From Candidatus Methanophaga sp. AG-394-G06 (GTDB lineage: Archaea; Halobacteriota; Syntropharchaeia; Alkanophagales; Methanospirareceae): 64,000 nt of DNA. Made by a program: the position numbers and the translations under genes. The notes beneath the pieces were generated by a model. That model was given only the letters and a program-made list of their open reading frames with translations. It searched no databases and was not told the DNA's origin. Below are positions 1-8,712 of the stretch, one piece after another. How positions within the stretch are numbered: position 1 is the stretch's first letter; the number at the start of each line of letters is the position of its first letter. The stretch is from positions 912-64,911 of the forward strand of contig PRCZ01000002.1 in NCBI GenBank assembly GCA_009903405.1. The letters are read 5' to 3'.

Positions 1-147
1 GACTACATTGGTAACTTCACCATAGAAAAGAATATGAAGGTGAAAATAAATAAGCCACCAAAGAGTACTCCAGATAATGGGACCTGGTTACCGTGCCCAT
101 TTGGACCTACAGGACTACCCTCGGAATTCTACGAAGGGGATTGCTAG
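1..147 (+). CDS. 3' end of an upstream gene (partial, product unknown)
   Basis: Frame 1 is open from the window edge to a TAG at 145-147. A T-rich tract with hairpin potential follows at about 150-185. Confidence 0.3.
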   Translation, partial: DYIGNFTIEKNMKVKINKPPKSTPDNGTWLPCPFGPTGLPSEFYEGDC

Positions 148-149
148 AC

Positions 150-190
150 GAAGAGTAAAGCCTCTGTCAGGGGCTTTTTTTTACTTTTTT
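150..190 (+). terminator. Putative terminator (GC hairpin followed by T9 tract)
   Basis: The sequence cctctgtcaggggc is followed by ttttttttt. Oligo-T tracts act as archaeal terminators. Confidence 0.35.
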
Positions 191-268
191 GGATAGAGAG
201 AGAAGGGAATAGCAGCGGTATATATAAAGAGGAAAATTTAGAAACTTTTCTAAATAAACGAAAAGGAG

Positions 269-1015
269 GTGATAAGAAAAGAAATGAAGAAACAGAAAGT
301 AATAGTCTTGTTTGCTATTGCGCTCTTATTGGCTGTAGTAATAGGCGGTGTGCAGACAGTAGCAGCGGTGATGGACGTAACTACGTACAAGAATACAATA
401 GAACAGCCGATAGACGTCGGTAAAATCCGATTTGTGAGTAACGCGGTGGATAGCAATTGGGTAAAAGGTACCAAATTCGCAGGGCATCCAATGGAGATTA
501 TGTATTGGGAGAAGAAGACAAAGTATTTGATCGATATACACTTAAATGACTCGGGATACATAGATGACGTGTGTTTCCGGCGGTGGGGCAATGGAATAAC
601 AGAGATTCCTTATGCGCTTGCAAGCCAATCATTAGCGAAATTGCCAGCAGGGCCTCAGCCAGAGCTGATAACCGAAGCGGTGTACAAGGGCATGATAAAT
701 GATCGGGGCCCGGTAGACACCAGTAAAATCAAATACGTGGGCAATGCCAGGCATAACGAATGGGTAATTGGTTCCAAGCCGAAAGCTACAAACTCCATTG
801 GCAGTGGTAAGCCTAGCACAGGGGTAGTCGGTGCACCAGTTGCACACGGTAATACGTTGATATACTGGAACAAGTATACGAAATGGGTAATTATCTTGAA
901 ATTGGATAGCGAGGGCAAAGTGAATTTCGTGGATTTCGGGTTGAACGGTCGTCATAATGTAAAAGTAATTCCACCAAGCTTTGCTAATGAGTCAATAGAT
1001 AAGTTATTCCCGTAA
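269..1015 (+). CDS. Secreted protein with two tandem internal repeats of about 100 aa, function unknown
   Basis: An N-terminal signal-peptide-like hydrophobic segment is present. The block IRFVSNAVDSNWVKGTKF...W.KKTKY recurs as IKYVGNARHNEWVIGSK...WNKYTKW. A GGAGG-like RBS lies upstream. Confidence 0.6.
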   Translation: MIRKEMKKQKVIVLFAIALLLAVVIGGVQTVAAVMDVTTYKNTIEQPIDVGKIRFVSNAVDSNWVKGTKFAGHPMEIMYWEKKTKYLIDIHLNDSGYIDDVCFRRWGNGITEIPYALASQSLAKLPAGPQPELITEAVYKGMINDRGPVDTSKIKYVGNARHNEWVIGSKPKATNSIGSGKPSTGVVGAPVAHGNTLIYWNKYTKWVIILKLDSEGKVNFVDFGLNGRHNVKVIPPSFANESIDKLFP

Positions 1016-1146
1016 GATTAGAGTCCAATTGGAACACTAACAAAAGAGCCTAAAAGCGCACAAACGGTAGCTCCTATAAGGAGCTCTTTTTTTATTTAAT
1101 ATACTGTATAGCATTGTTATTATTATTTATAGGCGTGAAGATAAAG

Positions 1147-1752
1147 ATGAAAGCGAAAAAAGGGAAGGGCGTAAAAAATATTGCTATATTTGTATTAGCA
1201 TTATTGTTTGCCGCGTTCGTGCTGCCGAACATTGCTTCGGCGGGGACCTGCAACTGGTTTACTACGAGTGGGTATGGTGTTGTAGATATAACTAGAAAGT
1301 TTGATAATGACGGTCTTTATTTAATCGGAAGAGTGCAGGGAGAGGGCTATTACTTAGGTAGCCAGCGCGTAGATCTGAATACTAATCCTACCATGCTCTC
1401 TTCAAAAGAGTGGGCTCATATTCAGTCCAAGTCAGGCAACTTTAGTTATGGTAACACAGGTAAGAATTACAAAATAGGCGCGGTAGCTTGTGAAAGTTTC
1501 TCGGATATACAGTATCTGGATACGGATACGAGCTATGCAATGGATAAAAATTCATTCTCCATGTGTACAAACACGTACATGACAGGGAGGGGACATTTTG
1601 GCTTCGCTGCAGTAGACCCGCCAGGGGGTGCAGGTGGCGGTAGCGGTAGCGGTGGAGCAACCGTTTATGGAACTGAGGACTATTGGGGCGACTTCCACAT
1701 TATTCATCATACCGTAATTGGTAGCGGAGGAGACTGGCTGGGGATACCCTAA
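1147..1752 (+). CDS. Secreted hypothetical protein with a Gly-rich segment
   Basis: The start MKAKKGKG is followed by a hydrophobic signal peptide. A GGAGGGSGSGG tract lies near the C-terminus. The start was chosen at the internal Met of the 1114 ORF. Confidence 0.5.
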   Translation: MKAKKGKGVKNIAIFVLALLFAAFVLPNIASAGTCNWFTTSGYGVVDITRKFDNDGLYLIGRVQGEGYYLGSQRVDLNTNPTMLSSKEWAHIQSKSGNFSYGNTGKNYKIGAVACESFSDIQYLDTDTSYAMDKNSFSMCTNTYMTGRGHFGFAAVDPPGGAGGGSGSGGATVYGTEDYWGDFHIIHHTVIGSGGDWLGIP

Positions 1753-1870
1753 GAAATGCAAAAGTTAAAGTTCAATCGATGTCGATTCTGAATTTCGATT
1801 TGCAGTCTGCAGTTTGCAATTAATTGGTCGAAATTTATATGTAGTATCGCCTTCTTTACTATTAGAACGT

Positions 1871-3172
1871 ATGACGCAAAGAGATACCGCCGTAGCGCTA
1901 AAAAAGGTAGTTGTAGTACTTGCACTATGCCTCTACATATCCGCTTTTTCTGTCGTGATGCCTGTTAGTGGTGCGTTATCTTCTGTTGTTATAACCGATG
2001 TAGAGCCAACAGAGTTTCATCCTGGCGAGACAAAGGAAGTTGTTTTGACTGTGAAGAACAATGGAGGGGTAGATGCAAAAGACATAACGTTAGAGTTTGA
2101 TGTTCAAAACACCAAATACGTATCCCTCATAGGACTTACGGTAGTCCAAATAAACACGCTAAATTCATGGTGCTCGAAAGAGGTAAAAATCACCGTTCAC
2201 GCAAAAGAAGGTACTCCTAATGGTGTTTATCCTATGCCCATCGCCTGTACGTGGTATGAATATTCATCTGGTATGGGGGAGGCCTATGCACATATGTATT
2301 TTCTCGATTCAGGAGGGAATCTTGTTCCTGTGTACGAAAAATCAGCGCAATTGGGTATTTCTTTCAACGTAAAAGGAAGTGCGCTAATAAATGTTGGAAA
2401 TGTATATACTGAGCCTACGCATGTAAGGCCCGGAGATGAGGATGTAAAAGTGCTAGTATCCATAGAGAACAGTGGAGAAGCGGATGCAAAGGATGTTGAG
2501 GCAAGATTGATTTGCAATGAACACTTCGAGCCTTCTTGGTCTGGAACAGACCGCGTATATATAGGGCGGTTAAAAACCGGGGGAGAAGGCCGGGTTGGGG
2601 TGAGTTTTCATATTGACATTGCTGATAATGTAGAAGCGGGAACGTATAGCATCCCACTGGTGATAAGATTTAAAGATATTGAGAACCGGGAATACCAAGG
2701 GGTAATGAGTGTTGACATATTAGTGGAGCGAAAGCCCGAGTTAGAAATTGTTTCCTCTTATACCGAGCCCAGGAATATAAGCGCTGGCGATCACATTATA
2801 CTGCATATAAGAGTCCAGAATGTGGGTTCCGAGGAAGCGGAATCTGTTAGCGTTCGAGTAACAGGAGAAGCGGATGTGCCATTTGATTTCGCTGTGAAGA
2901 GCGATCATGTAGGTAATTTAAAGGTGAATGAGACAGGAGATGCGATATTGGAATTTGATGTGGATAAAGATGCCGCGAAGAAGATATATCCTCTGGGTAT
3001 GGAGATACGGTGCGTTGGAGACCGCGACTTAGGCGATGACAAGGTATATATCTTCGATAAGCAGATCCGAGTAGAAGTGACATCAGGCAGTTCTTCTATC
3101 CCCGGGTTTGAGGTTCTATTCATCCTAATCGCCCTTATTCTTGCCTTTATTATGCGAAGGAAGCGAGTCTAA
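1871..3172 (+). CDS. Cell-surface protein with three CARDB/S-layer-type repeat domains and a PGF-CTERM sorting signal
   Basis: A signal peptide is present and three modules of about 100 aa recur (TEPTHVRPGDEDVKV..., TEPRNISAGDHIIL..., VEPTEFHPGETKEV...). The C-terminus reads SSSIPGF, then a TM helix, then RRKR, which is the archaeosortase-type PGF-CTERM pattern. Confidence 0.7.
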   Translation: MTQRDTAVALKKVVVVLALCLYISAFSVVMPVSGALSSVVITDVEPTEFHPGETKEVVLTVKNNGGVDAKDITLEFDVQNTKYVSLIGLTVVQINTLNSWCSKEVKITVHAKEGTPNGVYPMPIACTWYEYSSGMGEAYAHMYFLDSGGNLVPVYEKSAQLGISFNVKGSALINVGNVYTEPTHVRPGDEDVKVLVSIENSGEADAKDVEARLICNEHFEPSWSGTDRVYIGRLKTGGEGRVGVSFHIDIADNVEAGTYSIPLVIRFKDIENREYQGVMSVDILVERKPELEIVSSYTEPRNISAGDHIILHIRVQNVGSEEAESVSVRVTGEADVPFDFAVKSDHVGNLKVNETGDAILEFDVDKDAAKKIYPLGMEIRCVGDRDLGDDKVYIFDKQIRVEVTSGSSSIPGFEVLFILIALILAFIMRRKRV

Positions 3173-3253
3173 ATCATCATGCTCTCCTATCTCCCCTCTC
3201 CCATCTATAATCAAAGATATAAAAAATGGAGAAAAATAAATTATATTATTATA

Positions 3254-3347
3254 GACACAGATTAACGCAGATTAACACAGATGATAAGAATCAACATGGT
3301 TAAATTAAACTAAAATAAATCTGCGTAAATCCGTGTAAATCTGTGTC
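3254..3347. repeat. Imperfect inverted repeat built from tandem ACACAGATTA-like units (arms 3254-3282 and 3319-3347)
   Basis: The left arm is gacacagattaacgcagattaacacagat. The right arm is atctgcgtaaatccgtgtaaatctgtgtc. The spacer is about 36 bp and AT-rich. Confidence 0.6.
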
Positions 3348-3386
3348 TCAAATAGAAGGCAGTTATACATTATCTACAAGGACAAA

Positions 3387-4457
3387 ATGGCACTGCAAGG
3401 AAAGAAGGGTATAGCAAAAGGGTCAAAGAGTTCGTCTCCACCCCAAGGTCCGCAGGGTAAATGGATAATCATAGCAGTGCTGATAATAGCAGTATTCGCA
3501 ATTTCAGGTTACGCTGCGATAGTGCTGCTTTTTCATGGTAACATAGGGGCGCCTGCTTCCGTCTTGCAAGAGCGAGTAGCGAGTAAATTCGGCGGTGAAG
3601 AAACGATATTTATAGCTGTTTGTTTGGACGAGGAAACAAGCGCAAAGAACATTCTTCGTGATATAAGAGCTCCCGCGGTGATACAATCGGTAATTGAGTT
3701 ACACGAACGGCTTGAGAATGAAACAGAGATCGAAAAAGTTCAGTCAGTTGCCACTGCGTTTAAAGATGGTGTTCCAGGCGATTTAGCAGAGGTAGGAGAA
3801 GTTTTGGCTGCCTTTTTCCCGCCGTCAGAAGTAGAAGGATTTGTTAATGACGACTTCAGCATCACGCTGATAAAAGTTAGTCCAATAGCGGGATTAAGTG
3901 AAGCGAAGATGGAAGAAGTAGCAGAAATAATACAGAGGGATATAGCTTCTATTACAAAACCCGCAGGTGTGAAATATATAATATCCGGTGTTGATCCGCA
4001 GACATCAGAACTGATAGCGGATCAATTCCCGGGTAGCCTACGCAAGTTAAACATTGTAGTAGAGCTCGAGCCAAGATTTGCACGATCCGAAGAGATAAGG
4101 GATGTTCGAGACCCAGAGGTATTGAAATATGTTGATTTGCTATCCAAGCGAGCAAAGCTTGTTGATGGTGTTGTGGATGCGCATAGTGCGGCGGAAATCA
4201 TAAAGGAGGCGAATGATGGCAGGATACCAAAAACGTTGAGAAGTGTTGTGTCGCTCTTAGAGGAGAAAGATGAAACGAAAAGACAACAGATATACGATTA
4301 TATTAGCAAAGACTATTCAATGACGCTTGTAAGGTTGAAAATAGATGATGATGCAGAAGCGGCGGAGATAGTGGAAGAGATAAAAGAAGTAATTAATATA
4401 GGGAGACCTGCGGGGACATCTGTGGCTATTGCTGGTGATCTGGTACAGGATGCATGA
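3387..4457 (+). CDS. Membrane-anchored protein, possibly a truncated N-terminal fragment of an RND/MMPL-type exporter
   Basis: A single N-terminal TM is followed by a large soluble domain whose sequence resembles the first periplasmic loop of COG1033 exporters. The ORF stops where TM2 would be expected. Confidence 0.45.
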   Translation: MALQGKKGIAKGSKSSSPPQGPQGKWIIIAVLIIAVFAISGYAAIVLLFHGNIGAPASVLQERVASKFGGEETIFIAVCLDEETSAKNILRDIRAPAVIQSVIELHERLENETEIEKVQSVATAFKDGVPGDLAEVGEVLAAFFPPSEVEGFVNDDFSITLIKVSPIAGLSEAKMEEVAEIIQRDIASITKPAGVKYIISGVDPQTSELIADQFPGSLRKLNIVVELEPRFARSEEIRDVRDPEVLKYVDLLSKRAKLVDGVVDAHSAAEIIKEANDGRIPKTLRSVVSLLEEKDETKRQQIYDYISKDYSMTLVRLKIDDDAEAAEIVEEIKEVINIGRPAGTSVAIAGDLVQDA

Positions 4458-4564
4458 GAGAGGTGATGGGTGATGAGTTTACCCAGTATCAGGCAGCATT
4501 TTCTTATGTGGGGTGGCAGCTTTTTTACCTTCGGTAAAAACATTCACTAAAAACGTTATTTTTG

Positions 4565-4632
4565 TTTTTCTTTTAGCACAGGCTAAATTTTCTTTTTGTA
4601 AAAAAGAAAAAGTGTTGTGTAATCTTGTGGTT
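4565..4632. repeat. Intergenic repeat of about 70 bp with an internal 10-bp hairpin (copy 1 of 2)
   Basis: The sequence TTTTTCTTTTAGCACAGGCTAAATTTTCTTTTTGTAAAAAAGAAAAAGTGTTGTGTAATCTTGTGGTT is nearly identical to 50773-50850. It contains the TTTTCTTTTT/AAAAAGAAAA stem. It lies between two convergent genes. Confidence 0.7.
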
Positions 4633-4646
4633 TGCTAAACAATTAT

Positions 4647-6230
4647 TCATCCTTTTCCCAGAACGGTAATAAAAACAGGCCCTCTTATATCTACCTTCTT
4701 CTTCTTCGAGGTTATAAATCGCATCGCTACGTCTTCTACCTTTATATTTATATCCGCACCGCTCCGCACTATCTTTACTTTTACCTCTTTTTTGTCTATA
4801 TCCTCCGCTTCCTCTATCTGACGAGCGGCGAAAGCGGCAAAAGCATCTAAAAATCTTATGTCCGTTGGTACACCCTCTTCAAATACTGTTTTCCATTCCT
4901 TCTTCCTCGGTATCCCGTATATGGTCCCTTCATGCACGATTATTTCATTCAGATATGCGGGACCGCATAAAAGCGTGTTTTCTTCGGGCTCTGTCACCCA
5001 GACTTCAATATCCCGTCCGAATAGTGGCCCCTGATATGCAAGGAACTCGCAGGGTGATTTCTCTTTTCCTCTCTCTTCGCATACTCGAACGATACTTTTT
5101 GCGATTTCCGCGCCTTCCGCCGTGCTCGGTGTCTCCGCCAGACGGATCATCGCCGCTATTTCCATGTTGCTCAATTCCCAGGGTGCATAAAATTGTGGGT
5201 ATGCTAATGCCCTCATATCCTGTGCATCGTGCAATATCATCGCTAATCGCTCTACGCCCAATCCAAGATTTACTACGGGATAGGGGATCTCGTACTGCGC
5301 CAGTGCAGTGGGCGAATAAATCCCAAAAGTGGCGACTTCCACCCACCCTATCCGCGGATGATAACAGAAAACTTCCGTCTGTGTCTCGGGCATGTAATAT
5401 TTCGACCGTTTCTCGTCCTTTTGGAATCGCATTTTTACAAATCCGAATTGCAGAAGCAGCCCGGTGGCGAGGTCCTTGCCATCGTCTATGCTTACATCCT
5501 CGCTGCAGAAGACACAGGATGCAGAATGGTAATTACGTAGTCGTATTTCGTCCTCTCGCTGCTCCCTTCTGAAGCACCTGTCCACGGAGAAGAATTTTAT
5601 CGGTAATGGCTTTTTATTCCAGACTTCAGCAAGAGTCAAGAACCAGCCGGAGGTCATGTGGCTCCTCAATGTGCTTCTGGAAGGTACAGGCGCGAGGTCT
5701 TTTAGCTCCGGAAAAACCGCCTCAAGCACTTTCGTTACTTCCATATCTGCCACATCCAGACTATTTGCTACTTCATATACTAGATCATCGCCGTCTATTT
5801 CGCCCTTTTTATAGCTGTGCAGTGTATTCTTGAGTGTGTCTATTTCATCATTTGAGAATGGTTTACCGAAGTACGAGTTCATTTGATTCACGCGTTCATC
5901 AGAAATGCCAATGTCCGGGCGAGGCAAGCCAGCGAGATAATAACAGCGATCTAAGACCGCAAGTGCCTCTTTCCCAAATTGCTTCTTCACTTCCGCTTCT
6001 TCTATCGTCACAGGATTCATGACTTCCTCGAATCCGAGCCGCAGATACGCCTCTCTTAGCTTTTGGATCGTTTCAAATACTGGATGTGGCTTACCATAGC
6101 GTAAACGTAGCAAAGACCTTGGATGTCTTTCGTTCACTCGCTTCTCATCTGCATATTTTGTTCCCGCTAGCCATGCGGCTTCAAAATCATTGCTCGTTTC
6201 TTCTCTTATCTGTTTGGGGTTGAATTTCAT
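4647..6230 (-). CDS. sepS: O-phosphoseryl-tRNA(Cys) synthetase (SepRS)
   Basis: The protein is 527 aa with a class II PheS-like core (KPHPVFETIQKLREAYL, FSVDRCFRREQRED, NLGLGVERLAMI). It also carries the SepRS-specific C-terminal anticodon-binding domain of about 190 aa, including YHSASCV, KESPCE and VDIRGPVF. Its length and motifs match archaeal SepRS rather than PheS alpha. Confidence 0.85.
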   Translation of the reverse strand: MKFNPKQIREETSNDFEAAWLAGTKYADEKRVNERHPRSLLRLRYGKPHPVFETIQKLREAYLRLGFEEVMNPVTIEEAEVKKQFGKEALAVLDRCYYLAGLPRPDIGISDERVNQMNSYFGKPFSNDEIDTLKNTLHSYKKGEIDGDDLVYEVANSLDVADMEVTKVLEAVFPELKDLAPVPSRSTLRSHMTSGWFLTLAEVWNKKPLPIKFFSVDRCFRREQREDEIRLRNYHSASCVFCSEDVSIDDGKDLATGLLLQFGFVKMRFQKDEKRSKYYMPETQTEVFCYHPRIGWVEVATFGIYSPTALAQYEIPYPVVNLGLGVERLAMILHDAQDMRALAYPQFYAPWELSNMEIAAMIRLAETPSTAEGAEIAKSIVRVCEERGKEKSPCEFLAYQGPLFGRDIEVWVTEPEENTLLCGPAYLNEIIVHEGTIYGIPRKKEWKTVFEEGVPTDIRFLDAFAAFAARQIEEAEDIDKKEVKVKIVRSGADINIKVEDVAMRFITSKKKKVDIRGPVFITVLGKG

Positions 6231-6351
6231 GTTCCTGATCTCTCCTTAATATATCTCTATGCTATTAATAGAAATCACAGTACCTAACATAAATAGAACC
6301 AAAATCCCAAATTGCTTTTTTATTCTTAATCCAAGAGTTATTATAAAGATT

Positions 6352-6837
6352 ATGACTGTTGATATTGGTATTAACGCGCTATATGAATGTATCACGGTGA
6401 TATTGACGGCGATGACGCCAGTTGGCGAACTCCGTGCTGCTATACCACTTGCAATAGGTTATTATAATATGGGCTATGCTGAAGCTTTTGTCCTTTCCAT
6501 AATAGGGAATATGCTACCTGTAGTGCCGTTACTTCTTTTTCTCGGCCCTGTTTCAAATTGGTTGCGAAGATACGCTATCCTCGACAGGTTCTTTACTTGG
6601 CTTTTCGCACGAACAAGGCGACATAGCAAGAGGATGGAGAAATACGGCTCTCTAGGACTGATACCTTTTGTTGCCATTCCTCTTCCCGTGACGGGAGCAT
6701 GGACGGCTTGTGCAGTCGCGTTCGTCTTCGGCATTCGCTTCCGATACGCATTTGTTGCTATCCTCGCGGGTGTGATAATTGCAGGTATAATAGTGACGCT
6801 ATCTTGTATGGGCGTTTTGGGCGTAATGGATGTTTGA
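6352..6837 (+). CDS. Small multidrug-export-like membrane protein (Sm_multidrug_ex/COG2426-like)
   Basis: There are four to five TM segments and the sequence ELRAAIPLAIGY...AFVLSIIGNMLPVVPLL. The start was set at the internal Met (MTVDIG). Confidence 0.5.
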   Translation: MTVDIGINALYECITVILTAMTPVGELRAAIPLAIGYYNMGYAEAFVLSIIGNMLPVVPLLLFLGPVSNWLRRYAILDRFFTWLFARTRRHSKRMEKYGSLGLIPFVAIPLPVTGAWTACAVAFVFGIRFRYAFVAILAGVIIAGIIVTLSCMGVLGVMDV

Positions 6838-6849
6838 TATTTCAAGATA

Positions 6850-7173
6850 CTACTTCTTTTTCTTAAATAACGATGGCAAATGGATTACATACGAGCCATT
6901 CTCCTTCATCTTCATTACTATCTCCTTCCGCTCTAACAACGCATCCAGATTGAGTTCGTATATGCCTGGGCTCAAAATCTTTAAGCTTTCTATCTTATCC
7001 ACCTCTAGGGGCACCTTATCTTCTACTTTTAGCTGGTCCACCAAGTCCGTTGCACTTGCTTCTTTTCCCTTCTTTATATAGAGAAAAAGATTCCCACCAC
7101 ACACAGGACAGCCATTCAGCATCTCTTCTGTTATCTTTTCGAATTCCTTACCACATTTCAAGCATTTATGCAT
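6850..7173 (-). CDS. Zinc-ribbon protein (DUF2072-like), the last gene of a conserved archaeal three-gene operon
   Basis: The motif MHKCLKCGKEF...CPVCGG is present. The gene is co-directional with the DUF2073 and GTPase genes upstream. The start was set at the second Met to remove the overlap. Confidence 0.55.
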   Translation of the reverse strand: MHKCLKCGKEFEKITEEMLNGCPVCGGNLFLYIKKGKEASATDLVDQLKVEDKVPLEVDKIESLKILSPGIYELNLDALLERKEIVMKMKENGSYVIHLPSLFKKKK

Positions 7174-7189
7174 CTTTATTTCAGGGATC

Positions 7190-7522
7190 TCAGATTGCGG
7201 AAATGATCGCACTTATAAAGTCTTTATCCTTCTTCGTCGTGTGCATCGTCTTCGCGGGTCCTATAACTGTTAGTCTTGTCTTCTTTCTTATATTCAAAAA
7301 TCCCTTTTTAGACGGATATCCACTCATCTCTATGCCAGAAAAATCATCGTCCACCTCCGTCATTGTAAGCTCTATCAGTTTCATCTGCTCCTCTGACGTC
7401 AGACCGCCTTCCAACACTACTATATCCCCCGACTTTACCCCGTCCAGTACAAATCTTAACTTCTCCGTCGAGGTCATCGAATTTATTTTGTCTTCCGAAA
7501 TCAGATTCATTTTTATTTCCAT
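7190..7522 (-). CDS. DUF2073-like protein
   Basis: This 110-aa protein lies between the GTPase and zinc-ribbon genes. That arrangement is typical of euryarchaea. Confidence 0.5.
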   Translation of the reverse strand: MEIKMNLISEDKINSMTSTEKLRFVLDGVKSGDIVVLEGGLTSEEQMKLIELTMTEVDDDFSGIEMSGYPSKKGFLNIRKKTRLTVIGPAKTMHTTKKDKDFISAIISAI

Positions 7523-7534
7523 CGTATAACTCCC

Positions 7535-8257
7535 TCACCGGAATCTCCGCGCCATTTCCTCATATAAGTCCAGCATATTCTCGCCCTTCAGTGCTGATAT
7601 TGGTATGACTGAGTGCTGCGGGAAAGCATTTGCTATCCTTTGTGGCGTGGCATCCACAAGGTCTACCTTATTTGCAGCGATAATAATCGGGATACCCCTT
7701 GCTTCCATGTTCCCGATGATGATAATATTAGTTTGCGTATACGGATCTTCGGTAGAATCCATAAGAAGCACAATGCCGTCAATATCGTCGAGCCATTTTA
7801 TTGCCTCTATAACGCCTTCCGTCGCCTCTTTCGCTCTTTTTTTCGCCTCATCCTCTTCCAAACCATAAGCCAAAAACTCATGAAAATCTATCTTTGTCGC
7901 TAATCCCGGCGTGTCAACCACATCCAGCTTCAGCTTCGCTTTTCCTCGCTTTGGCTTCTCTTTTGACTCGGAATTCAAATCAGGATTTGGATCCTCCAAT
8001 GACTTAGCTTTCAGGTCTATGGTGACTCCCTCTCTCCTGACTGCTCTTCTTGTCTCATGGGGTACCTCTGTGGCTATCCCCACATCTTCGTTCTCATCTA
8101 CAAAAGTATGGATTATTCTATTTGTCAAAGTGGTTTTCCCAGCATTCGGCGGTCCGTAGATGCCAATTTTCGCCGTCCCCTTCCGGAAAGACAAAGCTCT
8201 TCTTAGCCGTGTTAAGATGCTCTTCCACCTTCTCTTCGACTTCATCTCTTCTTCCAT
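7535..8257 (-). CDS. P-loop GTPase (uncharacterised archaeal family)
   Basis: The G1 motif GPPNAGKTTL, the G3 motif DTPG and the G4 motif ANKVD are present. Confidence 0.7.
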   Translation of the reverse strand: MEEEMKSKRRWKSILTRLRRALSFRKGTAKIGIYGPPNAGKTTLTNRIIHTFVDENEDVGIATEVPHETRRAVRREGVTIDLKAKSLEDPNPDLNSESKEKPKRGKAKLKLDVVDTPGLATKIDFHEFLAYGLEEDEAKKRAKEATEGVIEAIKWLDDIDGIVLLMDSTEDPYTQTNIIIIGNMEARGIPIIIAANKVDLVDATPQRIANAFPQHSVIPISALKGENMLDLYEEMARRFR

Positions 8258-8382
8258 CCTCTCTTTTTTATATAATTAAATCCTTCTACTCGAAGATACT
8301 GTCAAATTTGATTTATAATGCATTATGCCTTACTCTTTCATTATACATAGTAAGTTATTATTAAATTTAAATATTTTGCAAG

Positions 8383-8712
8383 GTGGGGCTAGCAGCCGAA
8401 GAGGAGGAAAAATTGTATAAACCTGAAAGTACAGAAGAAGTAATACGTGTGCGTATTCCGGATAAAAGGAGAAGGGAAGTGTTGGCGATAGTAGAGAAGA
8501 TGTTAGGCGGGCGAAGGGTAACCGTGCAGTGCCTAGATGGGAAAGAAAGGATGGCCCGAATCCCGGGCAGATTAAAGAGAAGACATTGGGTAAACGTCGG
8601 AGACGCAGTAATAATAGTTCCCTGGGACTTTCAGGATGAAAAGGCCGACCTTATCTACAGATATAGAAGACCACAAATGGAATGGTTAAGAAGGAAGGGC
8701 TATTTGAAGTAG
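8383..8712 (+). CDS. eif1a: Translation initiation factor aIF-1A
   Basis: An S1-like OB fold is indicated by [51 protein letters not shown] and by [15 protein letters not shown]. The start codon is GTG, and the exact start is uncertain. Confidence 0.85.
   Translation: MGLAAEEEEKLYKPESTEEVIRVRIPDKRRREVLAIVEKMLGGRRVTVQCLDGKERMARIPGRLKRRHWVNVGDAVIIVPWDFQDEKADLIYRYRRPQMEWLRRKGYLK

Noticed and set aside
4632-4850. 72-aa plus-strand ORF overlapping the sepS 3' end
   Set aside because: It is a Tyr/Leu-rich shadow ORF inside a well-supported gene.
4647-6230. First impression that this is phenylalanyl-tRNA synthetase alpha, given pheT in the same window
   Set aside because: The class II motifs sit at the N-terminus and are followed by a C-terminal domain of about 190 aa with SepRS signature blocks (YHSASCV, KESPCE, VDIRGPVF). 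The length of 527 aa fits SepRS, not archaeal PheS.
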